A DNA stretch of 64,000 bases. It comes from Eledone cirrhosa (taxonomy: Eukaryota). Both the position numbers and the translations under genes were made by a program. The stretch spans positions 380,618,001-380,682,000 of the forward strand of contig OZ024741.1 in assembly GCA_964016885.1 (NCBI GenBank), given 5' to 3'. Below the pieces are notes generated by a model. It did not search any database and had not been told where the DNA came from. It was given only the letters and a program-made list of their open reading frames with translations. This document shows positions 38,901 to 53,024 of the stretch, piece by piece (the first letter of the stretch is position 1; each line of letters starts with the position of its first letter).

Positions 38901-40300
38901 GATGGTGGTTTTTGTTTGTTTTTTGTTTCCTTTTTATTATCTATAGATATTCTCTGTAATAAATCTAATTAAATATGGCTAGATGTTAATAGCAATCAAT
39001 AATTTAATTAAACAGGGTGATTATTATTAAAGGATTGCTGATATAAGGAATGCATGTTTCATATATAACCTTTGCTTTAGATCTAGAGTTAGTACCAGCA
39101 ACAATTATTGGTAAAATATTTCTTCCAGACTGTGACATTCGAGACATTTGGAGTTTTGCCTGTAGTGGTGGCTCCCGTTACTGGAGTGTATCAAGTGATG
39201 TCATGATAGTGATTTGATTGACTATTCTATCACCTTAGCTTGGCTATCAAATGTGGTAATGCTCTGGGTGTCTTGGCTTGCCTCAAAAGATTTCAGAGGG
39301 AAACACCAGCATTCCTTGTTGCAGCATGTAATTGAAAGTGCACATCTATTGTTTTGTTACTTTTTGATTTGTTTCTTATCATTTAGTGTGATGCTGGTGA
39401 GGGTGCTTGATTGTTCCAATGCCTTAGCCTTGCTATCACCCACAGTAACGTTGTCACTCTCTTGACTTGCCGCAAAAAATATTGGAGACAGGTACCGGCA
39501 TCCCTTGTTGTATGTGAGCGATTGACACAGTGTTGAGTTAATATTTCCTTCATTTTAGTTCTATATATTTATGTGATTGTCTGTGTATATGCTGAGTTTT
39601 GACAACTCTGGCATTTGTGTTAGTAATTTCAACCTATCTGTATTGTCAGCATATTTATTTGGGAAACATAATTTCATGTACACCGTTTATTCCAACATAA
39701 GACCTCAAATGTATTTTCATGTATTTCGTTTATGTTGATAGAAGATCACAACGTCCAATAAAATATTTTTTTAATTTTGTAAATTTCATAATTTTTTCGA
39801 CTAATTTAGAAAATTGTTTCTTACTTATATTTTAGACACTGCAGATTACAATACTATGAATTAAAAAATCTAGATTTTGGTGGAGGATTTTTTATTGCAC
39901 ATCAATGTATATGTTTTCCAGAGGTGTATATCTGAAACACATTATCCAAATAATTAAAGTAATCTGTAATCAATAATTGAAATATATAAAACCCAACATC
40001 ATTATAATAAAATATTTCCACAGTAAAATTCATAGACCTGCCAAGTATAGAAAATTACATTATGAATGCTATATATATATGTATGTGTATGCATTTGTGT
40101 ATAGTGATACTAAAACAAACATTATTCTTTTCAGTAAATCAAGAAAGTCAAGATTTTTTTTACTTTTTCAGTATATATTAAACGTATATTATCCTCATCA
40201 TTATTGTATTGACGTCCAATTTCCCTGCTAACAATAGTTGGACGGGTCTGCATAGAGCAGGCCAGTGCTGAAGCGGGGCTACTGAACTCCCCACCCATAT

Positions 40301-41121
40301 GTGGTGAAAGGTCCTGTCTTTAATGTGTTCAAAACTTTAGTGATCCACAGAAGACAGCTGATGAGCAGGAATTGTCTTTGTATTTGTGTTTTCACTCATG
40401 TTTTCTAAATAAAATTCATTGGCAACCACACAGCCCCATACTCGTTTTTAATTCATATTAATTTGCTGCTGTGAATTCTGATTATTTTTCTCTGTCTCTT
40501 TTCTCTTACTACCTTTGTACCCCTCTACTTCCCTCTGTTTTCATCTCTCTCTATTGCTTGTTGTTGTTAATAAGGTTTTAGAACTTACATTCAACCACTT
40601 TGTATTAACTCTTTTCCTTCTCTTCCCGCACTTTCCATCCTTTCTCTCCCCCACTTTCTGATTCTTTTTCTCTCTTACTATCTATCTTTCTCCCCCCTCT
40701 CTCTGTTCTCTTACTACCATTCCACCCCTGTACTCACTTCCATTGTTCCTTTGTTTCCTCCATTCTACAACTGATCGTCACTCTGACCAGTTGTCTCTCT
40801 CTTGTTTGCTTGTTGATAATACAGTTTCAGAAATTACCTTCGGCCACTCGGTATTAACTCTTTCCCTTTCCTTTACCATCAGTTACTACCACACATTCAT
40901 GTACTGCTGGCGTCATTCTTTCCCCGTTCTCTATCGGTATGTCTTTGTTCTTGTTTTTGCTTTTGTTGTTCTCTTCGTCCATCGTTGTGTTTCTTCACGG
41001 ATAGCTTTCCATTTTAGCTATTAATGCACTGTGGTGAAAGGTCGCGTCTTTAATGAGTTCAAAGACAGCTGATGAGTGGTAAATTGTCCTTGTTTGTGTT
41101 TTCACTCACGTTTTCTAAATA
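40301..41121 (+). repeat. ~100-bp direct repeats (40301-40411, 41031-41121) around a pyrimidine-rich tract; possible tandem pLTRs
   Basis: Both read GTGGTGAAAGGTC...AAGACAGCTGATGAG...TTTTCACTCA.GTTTTCTAAATA; the second ends at (TA)n. Confidence 0.6.
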
Positions 41122-41182
41122 GTATATATATATATATATATAAAAAGGATATAATCAGAAATATAAACATATATATATATAT

Positions 41183-42553
41183 AACGAAGGAGGTGTGGTA
41201 AGGAACCAGATGGACCATAACGCACCAGAGTACTCAATACTTAGAGTGGGTAATAGGAAAAAGTTTAACGCCGACGGCAGAACTGAAGCCATTTCAACGG
41301 CTATTTCTGGACTAAATTATAATTTTTAGCTTGGTAAATAAATAGCCGAACTTTTCAAGGAGTAATTCCTTATATGGGAAGATTGTAGTTGTCAAAAAGA
41401 TTGGTCAAAATTTCTTGTAAACACAATTAAATCTTTCATGTCAGTGGGTAGGAGGTGGGGGTGGCTGAACTTGCCTGTAGAACAATGAGGGAGTGGGTGG
41501 AGCCGGTCAAGCATTTGACAGTGAATTCTATACAGCAAATTCTAAGGAGTGTGTATGACATTAGGCAAGTAAGGAAGCAGGCGAAAAGGGATTCTGAAGG
41601 AATTAAAGGGTAGGACGTTATAGAACAGGTTAATAAATTGAGATTAAAAGGTAATAAATAAATACACAGGAGGACGCCGTCAGTGTAACTTATGCTCGGA
41701 GGAAACATTACAAATGCTGTTTACAAAGGACCAACTCCTAAACAAAAAAGACTTGTAAATGCATGTTAACACTGATTGCGTAGGACTTACCTCGCCCTCA
41801 AACCCCCTCATGATCCGAGCGATTAGACAATGGCTGCAACATCCTTCTTTTCCCCACTTGCCGAACAAGATAGGGGAAACCCCAGCTAACATAAGTAGAT
41901 GTACTTCTTTTCTTTTCTTCTTCCCTTTATCCCTTCCTATCACTTCCTTCCACTCCCTCTCCTCTTCCTTTTCCTTTTTCCTCTTTCGCTTACCCCGAGG
42001 CAGCCCATCGGGCTTTTGTAGCCTCAGTAAATTATATATAGCACTGGCGGAAAACGCAATACCAACTAAACATACCTGCTGCTTTAGACTCTAGAAATTT
42101 TTACTTCTTACTATTTAATTTTATTGTTTTTATATATTTATTTATTTATTTATTACCTTTTAATCTCAATTTATTAACCTGTTCTATAACGTCGTACCCT
42201 TTAATTCCTCCAGAATCCTTTGTCGCATGCTTCTTTACTAGCCTAATTTCATAAGCACTCCTTAGAATTTGCTGTATAGAATTCACTTTCAACGCTTGAC
42301 CAACTCCACCCACTCCCTCATTGTTCTACAGGCAAGTTCATCCACCCCCATCTCCCACCCACTGCCATGAAAGATTTAATTGTATTTACAAGAAATTTTG
42401 ACCAAATCCTTTTGACAACTACAATCTTCCCATATAAGGAATTGCCCCTGGAAAAGTTCAGCTATTTATTTACCATGCAAAAAATTCTAATTTAGTCCAG
42501 AAATAGCCGTTGAAACAGCATGAGCTCTGCCGTCGGGGTTAAACCTTTTCCTA
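41183..42553 (+). mobile_element. Fold-back PLE 3' end with ~410-bp inverted arms
   Basis: Arms 41254-41664 / 42143-42553; tail 41183-41253 on the left copy. The spacer begins with the PLE endonuclease C-terminus KYTGGRRQCNLCSEETLQMLF...LLNKK. (TA)n on both sides. Confidence 0.85.
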
Positions 42554-42646
42554 CATCTTATATATATATATAACAACTAGTCATCGCTCTACATGCCTGA
42601 ATACAATAAATGTAATCTAGTAGTTAATTATTAAAAATCAGAACCA

Positions 42647-42741
42647 TTCTTCTTCTTCTTCTTCTTCTTCTTCTTCTTCTTCTTCTTCTTCTTCTTCTTC
42701 TTCTTCTTCTTCTTCTTCTTCTTCTTCTTCTTCTTCTTCTT
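42647..42741. repeat. (CTT)n microsatellite
   Basis: Visible directly. Confidence 0.95.
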
Positions 42742-43345
42742 TATTTGCTGTTTAATTTTAGTGATTATTGGTGATTGGTAGATGCAAAGTTCATTGAAAA
42801 ATATAAGAGATAATGCTTCAAAAAGACAAGCTAAAAGATTGTAAAGGAGTAGAAATTCTGCAGACATACTCCAGTGAGAGGGAACACTGGAGTGATTTTC
42901 ATGATAAGAAGGTTGATATGAAGAAGAAAGAAAGTTTAACAAGTAAACTGTGAGTATTGTTATTGCTTCTAAATGTACTTCCTTAATTATACCAATGATA
43001 ATTGGCTGTTATTTATAGCAGTATTATAAGTCTGTCAAGTACTCGTAATACTAAGAATCATTTATTAATGTAATTGTTCAATTACACATGTTTTGTACAT
43101 CATGGTGGATCGGCAACTGGAATGTAGAATTTCATAAATATGGTCTCTTTGAATTGAAGAATACTCCCTTTACAAATTCGTGAATTCTTCAAATATTGGT
43201 CTTTTCCTATATTTTCTTCTTCCACGAATGAAACCAAGGCAGGGAGATCGATATATAAGTGAGATACACTAACATTTATTTTGGCCTACCTGGCTTATAC
43301 TCCCATAAATAGAGTTTTTTCACTTACATTTGATATATATATATA

Positions 43346-45053
43346 TCACAACCCTTCTTGCCTAGGAAACCCAAGATCAATATGAAAGATCACAAAAGAA
43401 ATTTTGAAAATGATTTGCCAGTCATCAAAATCTGACCTGGGTAAACTTAGCAAAAACATTCTAGACAGGGTGATACAGCAAATTAAAAACTTACATAATT
43501 TACCTAACTTAAACTTATGGAAGGGGACTGGTGAGGTTATTGAGTGGTTTAAAGAAATTAAATATAACAATAATAATAAATTTATTCAACTAGATATTGC
43601 TAACTACTATTCATCTATTACCCCTAATCTACTGAATAAGGCACTAAATTACGCATTCAAACATACAGACCTAACTAGCAATGAAATGCACATTATATTA
43701 TCGGCAAGGAAAACATTGATAGAATTTAATAACCAACTATGGACTAGGGCAGATAGAGATAATAATTTCGACATTACTATGGGATCATCTGACTCAGCTC
43801 AGGTAACGGACCTTGTGGGCCTATTTATAATTAATTCGCTGCATAGAAAAATACCCGGTGTAACCGGAGGATTATATCGTGATGACATGCTTTTACTTAT
43901 TGAAAATAATAACTCTGAACTAAATAGAAAAAGAAAACAAATTATACAATTTTTTAATTACCTTAATCTAAAAATAGAAATAGAGAATAACCATAGAATA
44001 GTCAATTTCCTAGATGTAACACTAAATCTCAACACATGTCTTCACTATCCATTTCACAAACTAAATGAAAACTTGAATTATGTCAATTTTAACTCTAATC
44101 ACCCCAGATCTGTTAAAAATACTATAGTGAACTCTGTTCAAGAACGTATCTCAAGAGTTTCATCTAATAAAAATATTTTCGACGAAAAAGCGCAGTATTA
44201 CAATGAAGCGTTAGCTAGAGCAGGATATAGTGATAAAATTAAGTACATCGATAATAATAGGCAAACTAGCCAAAATAATAACAATCTTAATTACGGTAAC
44301 AACTTTAACAACTATAATAGAAAACATTACAATAATTCCAAAAGCCAGAAAAGAAATAGAACTAGAAATATAATATGGTTTGCCCCCCCCCCCCCCCCCT
44401 TTTTCACTAAATATTAAAACCCACATTGCTAAACTATTTTTTAATGCTCTTGACAAACGCTCCCTAGAACACATAAATATCATTCAATTTGTAATAGACA
44501 TACTATAAAATTAACTTACTCGTCCACCAAAAATTTAGCACAAAATATTAACAGAATAAATAATAGGAATCTAAAACCTAGCCAAAATACCGATAATAGC
44601 CAAAACAATATTCAATTAAACAACTGTAACTGTAGAAATAAATCTAAATGTCCGTTAAATAACAATTGCTTAGTTAAAAATATAATATACAATTGTAATG
44701 TTAAAACTAACTTAAATTCTTTTAACTATATTGGTTCCACCTCGACAGAATTTAAACTTCGCTACAATAATCATAAGAATTCTTTCACAGATCAAAACAA
44801 GAAATCTTCAACTTCACTATCAGGCTTACTCTGGCAACTTAAACATGATAACGTTGGGTATTCGATGTTTTGGAATATTGTCTCAAGAAGGATTCCTTTT
44901 AATTCCTCATCTGAGACATGTGACCTCTGTGTGGAGGAGATATTCTTTATATTAAAATCTAAAAATTCCCTTAATTTAAGGAGCAATTTATTCAGTTGCT
45001 GCAGACATAGATTGAACTCAACGTTTAAATATAAATATAAATTTAAAATGTAG
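43346..45053 (+). pseudogene. PLE reverse transcriptase plus C-terminal GIY-YIG endonuclease (Hydra-clade-like), 5'-truncated and frameshifted
   Basis: RT motifs FIQLDIANYYSSI, FDITMGSSDSAQVTDLVG, GLYRDD and VNFLDVTL. After frameshifts at ~44390 and ~44460: CNCRNKSKCPLNNNCL..IIY...YIGSTSTEFKLRYNNH...CDLCVEE...LNLRSNLFSCCRH. Starts at (TA)n. Confidence 0.88.
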
Positions 45054-46669
45054 TATAATTAGTTAGGATATTTAATTAATGTATGAAACCTGACGATAAA
45101 TCTTTCGATTCCTTCAACTTTTTCTTTTAAACCTTCTTCATAAATATATACTAATGATGTAATTAAACTACCCTAAAATGTAGATGCTCCCAATCTATTG
45201 AATAAATTTTACGCTAGATAAACTTCTATACTAAATATAAGAGCATCTGTAGAACAACAGGGTCTCCTAAATCTTTTAAATGATTTCTGCTAAATAAGTT
45301 TTGTTGAATAATTTTTGGTTTTTTGTTTGCTTTTTGATTCTGATTGCTTCTAATGAACTTGGCAATATATTGTCAGATAAACTAGAAGGGTAGATTTCTG
45401 TGGTTGATATGGGGTGCATACTGTGTTTTTTACGGCCCGAGATACTCTAGGGAGTGATGAAAATATTTTTAACGTTTTGATATCTCTGTGCTGATATATT
45501 AATATCTGGTTGTCTCTGTACAAAAGCCATATGTATTAATATGAATATGGAATGATTACAGAGTATATTTTATTTTATCTGTTTATTTTATATGTCCATG
45601 TACATATATGTGTGCATACATATATATATATATATGTATGTGTGGGTATAGCTCTGGATATGTTACAGATATGCATAATATTCTATACATGAACGTTAAT
45701 CATGTATGTGAGGGCAGGAGTATTAATATATATTTTTTATGTATATATATAGTAAAATCTTTTATAACACAAGGGAAAAAAAATTTTTCTGTGAAACAAG
45801 AAATTACAGAGTTGATCACGTAAGATCATGGGTATGTCTATAGTATCAACTAGAACTTGAGATGACCTTCTCTTTTTCTCTTTCTTTCCTTTTCCGGAAA
45901 GTACATATATACTTATATATTTCCGTATTTTTTGAAGTTTTATCTCAGTTTTTGGTACATCGACCTCAGAATTTTAAACTAAACATATGGTCATTATTTT
46001 TCACACATTATATATCTATGTCTCATTCATGAATATTGATATTTACATTATAATACCCAATTCATATGAATTGATAATTCAAATTGATAGGACATAACGT
46101 AAAGATGTAAATCTATCATCCCTCTCTCTAGATATAGCTCTTTCTTCTCCTCCCTCTTTATATTTGATGAAGTCTAAGTATCGGTTATTTTAACTTTGCC
46201 TCTCGAGTTTCTCTCTTGTTTTCTCTCTTACTTCTCTCCTATTTCTCTCACCTCCCCATATATAATAATTATTATTATTTGGTCTACCTCTTTTTTCCCT
46301 CCACCTCTATCTTTCTCTCTCTCTCTGTTTTCTCTTCATTTTTTATTTCTCTCCGTCTCCTTAACACTATAACTAAATAAGTACAGTACTCCCTCCCTCC
46401 TAAATCTCTCAATTTGTATGATGAATTATTATTATTCATCTGTTGCTTCAGCTGCGTCTCTTTTTTCACCTCCTCACTATTTCTCTCTCCCCTATCTCTC
46501 TCTATTTCTCTCTGTTTTTCTTTACATACATCTCTTCTTTTTCTCCGTCTTTCTTTTTAACTGTGCTTAACACTAAATATTTATAAACATTTCACTACCA
46601 AACCAACTTCTTACATACAAGTTGATCAATATTTATGGTACGTCAAAAATATTTATGGTACGTCAAAAT

Positions 46670-46890
46670 TATTTATAAAACTGTTTATATATTGTATTTT
46701 ATCTGAAGAAGGCATGCCATATTTTTAATATGGTATCCCCGAAATATGTATAATGAAATAAATATGGTTTTATGAATATAGTTTCCATTTGTTTAATATC
46801 GTATATCTACTCCAAAACTTGTTGAGTGCTTTATATCAGTTATAAAATATTTACTTGTTGTAACCCAACAATTTTAAATAAAACTGTTGC
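46670..46890 (+). mobile_element. Family C pLTR with tail, no inverted partner seen
   Basis: Colinear with 13605-13825 and 4336-4558; ends in (TA)n; preceded by a pyrimidine-rich tract. Confidence 0.75.
46695..46760 (+). ncRNA. Hammerhead ribozyme motif, family C, diverged copy
   Basis: UAUUUUAU-CUGAAGA-AGGC-AUGCCAUAUU-uuu-AAUAUGGUAU-CCCC-GAAA-UAUGUAU-A-AUGAAAUA. Stem II sequence differs from the other copies but still pairs. Confidence 0.72.
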
Positions 46891-47404
46891 ATATATATAT
46901 ATATTTTTTTTTTTATATATATATATGTGTATGTGTGTGTGTTGCCTGAAAGATAAGCAACACTACCTGATATACTGTCTCTAACTCCTAGAGTAGGTAG
47001 CATTCAACTATGTTGAGAATATATTTAGAATATACTTTAGCTCTGTAATTAATATAGAGCATTCTTTTTTCCTTTAACTAGTCTATGGAAATTCCTGACA
47101 CCACACGCATATGTATCACCATCATCATCACCGCTTCAGGTCCAATTTCCTTGTTAGCTTGGGTTATACAGGTTGTCCAGTTGTGAGAAAAGTCTGATCA
47201 GATGACCATGTCTTGCTCACACAGAACCATTTCTGGCTTTGTTTCTATAGCTGGTGGCCTTTCCTAATGCCAACAACATTGATAGTGGGGACTAGGTGCC
47301 TTTTACTGTGGCACTAAAATGACAACATTTTGTTATGACACCAACATATATTATATGTTTGCATGTCAATATGTGTTACCCAGTGTATGCATGTACATCA
47401 TAAT

Positions 47405-48710
47405 CTCATCATCTTCGTTTAACGTCTATCTTCCACGCTAGCATGGGTTAGGCGGGAGTTGTCCCACTTGAGGCAAGGTTGGTCGGGTGACCGTGTCTCG
47501 CTCATATAGGACTATCTGGCAGGTTTTCTATGGCTGGATGCCCTTCCTAACACCAACCACATTTACAGTGTGGACTGGGAACTTTTTACTGTGTTACCTA
47601 CACGGCCACATTACAGCATGGACTGTGTGTTTCTTTTTGCCGTGACACCTACACGATCTCGATCTCGATCTCATTATCTCATTTATTTCGACTGAATGTT
47701 GTGGTACCAACTTTACAGAGAGCGGGTGGTGTTGGTGGGAGTGGGAAGAGAGAGTAGGGGTAGTGAATTGGGGTGTATATTTGGTTAAGAGGAGCCTACT
47801 GATTGTAGGTTTCGCTTTGTACATAGGCAAGGTGGGCCTTCTGTATTAATGCATAGCGCCAAAGATCTCGGTTCAGTGACATTGTCTTAGAAGTGTGTAA
47901 AGTCAGAATTTATCAAATCGTCCCAGGTTTTTCTGGGTCTAACTACTCCGTAACTTCCATCAATTTTGATTGATCTGCACTTTTTTTATACAGCTGTCAT
48001 CTTTCTTGCGCATCACGTGACCATACCAATGTAGTCTCCTCTCAAGTAAACAGCATCTGATCCCTCTTATTCCTAATTTCTCACTTAGTTCATTTATGCT
48101 TTGCCATTCCCGTATATTATTATTACACATCCAACGGAGCATGCATGCTTCATTCCTTTCCAGTCTGTGCAGGTCCTCTCCAGGCAATGCCCATGTCTCA
48201 CTGCCATGTAGCATTGCTGTTCGTATGCAGGCATCATACAGCCTGCCTTTCATTTTTAGAGAGAAACCTTTTGTGGCCAACAGCGGTATAAGCTCTCTGA
48301 ACATTTTCCATCCCATTCTGACTCTGGCTACTGTACTCTCAGAGCACCCTCCACCACTGTTGATTTTGTCACCCAGGTGTCCACTATTTCTATAGAACCA
48401 TCTGGTCAATAGAAGGAGCTAGTATCCTGTGGGCACTTGCTACTTATTGCACCTGAGCATCGGCCACATATAAAATCTACATTCTTAGATAGTTTACCTG
48501 TGATCCCACTACATCTTTATGTACTCATAGTTTGCATTTGGGACATAACATGGAATTTCTGTCTACTCCTTTTCTACACACTGAGCATAGCCATTTCCCT
48601 GAGGGCACCTGTGCCCTATTTTCCTTTCTAAAAACTAGAACTTTAGTCTCAGACAAGTTAACTTTAAGGCGTTTTGATTCTAGGCCATGCTCTGGATAAT
48701 TCTTGTGTAT
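47405..48710 (-). mobile_element. RTE LINE 3' fragment
   Basis: LGDKINSGGGCSESTVARVRMGWKMFRELIPLL...LHGSETW...RRLHWYGHVMRK; 3' end GCATGG-type terminus with GAT-like tail. Confidence 0.85.
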
Positions 48711-50292
48711 ATCTTGAGAATCTGAAATCCTAGAACTAAATAAAATATATCCATATGCACATGCAGTAACTCAGACACACATATTCTCAAAGCACAGACA
48801 CACACACATTCACATGTAATACGTGCTTACACTCACACATACATGCATACTCATGCGACATTTATATGCCTACAAGCACATAAACACACTGATTTTTATG
48901 AACCATCTTAGATATAAAGTGTCTACTTAGAATTTTAGGAAATTTTCCAAACTATTGAAAACTTTGGAATAAATTTATTCAAAGAAATTACGAATTCTGA
49001 AGATATGTTCTGAAAACATTTCTCTCAACTACATATATGCAAGAAATATGATCATAATCATTACAAAGAAATATCAATGTAATCCGGAATTATATATAAG
49101 TCACAAGTTTTCTCTTACAGTAGACATAAAGAAGAACGCAACACATTGAAATGTTTGCTCTTGTTATTGGCTCCACTAAAAGGTTTGTGCATTATAACAT
49201 TGATGTATTGATCAGAATAGCGCTACTGGATAAAATCCAACTCATTGCAGTAAGTCAAGAAGTATTCTGTACTTTGGATCAAGAACTATATTAGCTTTGT
49301 AACATAAAACTTGATAGTTTTACGAGTGGAACCTGACCTTTTCTTGTGTCAATATTATTGCAATGATATAGTTAGAAGAATTATAACTTGTTATGGCAAT
49401 TTCCTCTTTATAGAATCCACTTCAGTTAAATGTGCTCTTCCTCAGTAATGACAGGGCTTAACGTTTCTGACAAGCAAAACTCTCAATAAAGCATTTTTAT
49501 GTTGCTTGTATATAAAATGAAGATTTGAAATACACTAATATTCTTGGCAAATCATTCAACTACAAATCCGAATGAAGAAGAACTAAATAACATTTTATTT
49601 ATACAATTTCTTACACAGGCAGGTGGTGGTGTCTTAATATGTCCAATAAAGGGAAATATAAAAAGCTATGTTGTTCATGTGTTTCAAATGATATTAAGGT
49701 TATAAATGAACCAATAGTAACTGGGAAAGGAGATTGTATAACGATTTATTCCATAATAACTTACAACTACAACAGATACAAATGCCTAATATTTGAATCT
49801 ACTAAAACAGTAATCTCCAAAATAGATGCTACCAATTCCATAGAGCAATGGGAGCCTCAAAAAGAGCTCTGGGATGCAAAAGAACAATACAGAGTTAAGG
49901 TAGTGAATTGGCAGTGTAGGTAGGACATCAGATTAAAAATGCCTCAGAATTTGTTCTGGCTCACTATGCTCTGAGTTAAAGTCAGATCATGGTCAAATTT
50001 GCTTTTAATCCTTTTGTGAGCATTAAACAAAATACAAGTCTAGTACTGAGATTGATTCTCTACCCCCACTCTAAGGAATTCAATATGTTCCTACATGAAG
50101 AGGGATGTGTTGTGCCATGTTTAAAATGCAAAAGACACCATGTGACAGGACTGCAACTCTACGACGCTATCAGAAGTTCACGTCCCCACAGAGTTATTGG
50201 AAGACAGAGGATGGTGAGTGGGGAAGATGAAAAAGTACCAATTAGTAGTTGCTCATAAAAGTATGACAGATAGTTACAAAATAACTGCTTAA

Positions 50293-50470
50293 CTCATTAG
50301 CATTTACATTACTCTATATATTTTCGTAGAAAAGGCTTTACCTCACATAATATCAAATCTATAAGATTTTGATGTCATTTATATTGAGAACAATACCTTA
50401 ACATCAATATGATTGGACAGTTACAGCCAGTTTGAACAGAAAGATATGGCCAGAATTAAATGCTAAAGGG
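50293..50470. mobile_element. TTAA-flanked MITE (piggyBac-like)
   Basis: TTAA|CTCATTAGCATTTA ... TAAATGCTAAAGGG|TTAA. Confidence 0.6.
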
Positions 50471-52971
50471 TTAAATATGATCTTTAAAAGATAAATATTT
50501 CATTTTCAATGTATGATTTTTTTTATCAACTTTAGAGTGATGATAAAATATATTCTCTAAAAGGGAGTACTAGACCCTCTGAACTAAAACAAAATCTTTA
50601 GTTATCTCAAGAATAAGCAAAAGAACATTTCATTTATTCAAACCTGGCAGAATGTCAGTTACTAGGTCTATAAAAAAAATCTCAAGGGTCTTCATTAATA
50701 AGCACAAGATAGTCATTGATATGTTAAAACATCAGAAGTGGGAGCTGAACCAGAAGCCTGCATGGTTAATCAGGTAATGACTGCAGCATGGAAAATAGAT
50801 GATAAGCAGTGGTGATGATGATGATTATGATGCTGATGAGGATGAAATATATTTGTGGTGAGCTTCCACACAGTCTCTGTCTACCAAATTTCACTTACAA
50901 GGTATTGGTCATACCACAACTTTAGAGGGAGCCATTTCCTTAAGAAATCTTTTAATGCAGTAGGGTAAAACCAGAAACCGTATTGTGGTAAGGAAAACGT
51001 CTTTACCAGACATCCATATATCTGTATCCATTTAACAATCTATTATATGTATGGTTAGCTTTGCTTTTCGTCCTTTCAGGGTCCATAAAATAAAGTACCA
51101 GTAACACACTGAGGTTGATATAATTTACTTTCTCCTCCCACACAATTGTTGGCCTTGTGCCTAAATAAAAAACCATGTATACTAGTTCTATACAAACTAC
51201 AACAGGGTGAAATTTGCTAAAATCATAGAACGAGTTATCAGAGAAATTATAGGAAGAGTTTACCTAAAAGGCAGAAAATAAAAATGTAAATTATGAAGTT
51301 AATATTCCAGAAATGTTAAAACTACTCTATAAATATTCATTGAAAGCAAATCAAATATATTGTTACAAACAATGCATAGGAATAACATCTTTTGAGCATA
51401 ATACATATATTCAGAGTTGTTATTTCAGCTTCAGGCCAGACTTGATCAAGGAAATCTATGACCAAAGCTATTCTATTTATAATCAATGTCCTTTTATTTT
51501 GTTGAATTTTATGTATCTACAACAACTTTATTATCTAATGTGTCTTTCTTTTTAAAAAAGAGAGTAGGAAGTTCTTTGATATTTGGCTGCTATTTTTAGA
51601 CAAGATAAACTACCACATTAAGGCTCCCTTATAGGCTTATTCATAATATTGAAGTTGTTTTTGTTGTTCTTTAGTTTCAACACATTATTGTTTCAAATCC
51701 AATATTTAATACTTGTCATCATCATCATTTTATGTCTACTTTCCAAACTACTATAGTTTGGACAGGTTGTCATTGTTCAAGACCAGATGGGCCAGATTGA
51801 ATCTTCTTGCTCATATGTTCTATATTCTGTATGGTTTAAAAAGCTGGATCATCTTCCTAATGTGCCAAGCATTTACCTGGCAGTGCCAAGTGTTTATGTG
51901 ACTGCATAAACACCAAACTAATCATGGATGAAGTCTCGACTGCAGTCAGTGTGGTCGCATCCAACCCACTGAGGAGGTCCTGACACAAACCTAGTGAACT
52001 TAGACAAACAGATTGAAAGCCCATCAGATGAATTGTATCTGTAATTTAAAGATGTGGCCATAACACACACCACATTACACTAACTCTTCCAAAGAATTAC
52101 ATCATGGTCACATGTGTCTGTAGGATATTTGATCTCCTACTTGCTAATTTAATGAGCTGGTAGTTCAGTTGATTGGAAAACTGAATAATCATCATTGAAA
52201 TCAACAAAGAATTAATTCTTTTTTACCATATTTGGATAGATTTGCTAGAATTATAAATGATTCCATTACTAAGTTGACTGAATTGTTGGGACATCGAAAG
52301 AAATGCTTTGAAGTATTTCTTCTGAATCTTTACATTCTGAGTTCCAATCCAACCATAGTTTACTATCCCTCCTTGTGTGGTTGATAAAATAATTTAGATG
52401 ATATTAATTTAAACAAGAACTGTTCAAATTGGGTTGCTTTGTTTCACAGAACAAGAAGTAGGTCGGGATGAAGATGGTTAAAAATGTTTACACTAATTAA
52501 CATATTAATATTCATACAGATGGCTTCTTTGATAAATTTTTGTAATGTATAAAATTTTCATAAGCAGAAGAATTCTATTAAGGGCTGTGTTTAGATAGAA
52601 TTTAAGTCTTTCTTTTCATATACTAATAATCAGACCACATTAAAAACAGATGTAAAATGATGATGATTATGATGATGATGATGATCAAACATACATATGC
52701 ACCACACAGTCATACATATATACACATCATTAGAGTGAGGATTATACTATATAGACCTAGTGACCCATGTCTCACTAGTATTTTTGTGATTCGATTTTTT
52801 TCCCCAGACCAATATTTTTGCAAACATTTATTTCTGCATAAATAACATGAAAATTAAATAAAATATTTCAAGTATAGAAGAAATAAATGTAATAAAACCT
52901 GACTACATATTACCACCTCCAACCACACAATTCAAATCAGCTATGAAAGCTTAGAAATGTTTCTTTCCCAC

Positions 52972-53024
<53 letters not shown>

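Noticed and set aside
45090-45110. CTGACGA after the PLE stop codon as a hammerhead
   Set aside because: No stem II, GAAA or stem I in register.
49100-49330. Host exon after the acceptor-like TTTTCTCTTACAG
   Set aside because: The frames I translated close quickly and show no recognisable protein; no host gene is supportable without RNA data.
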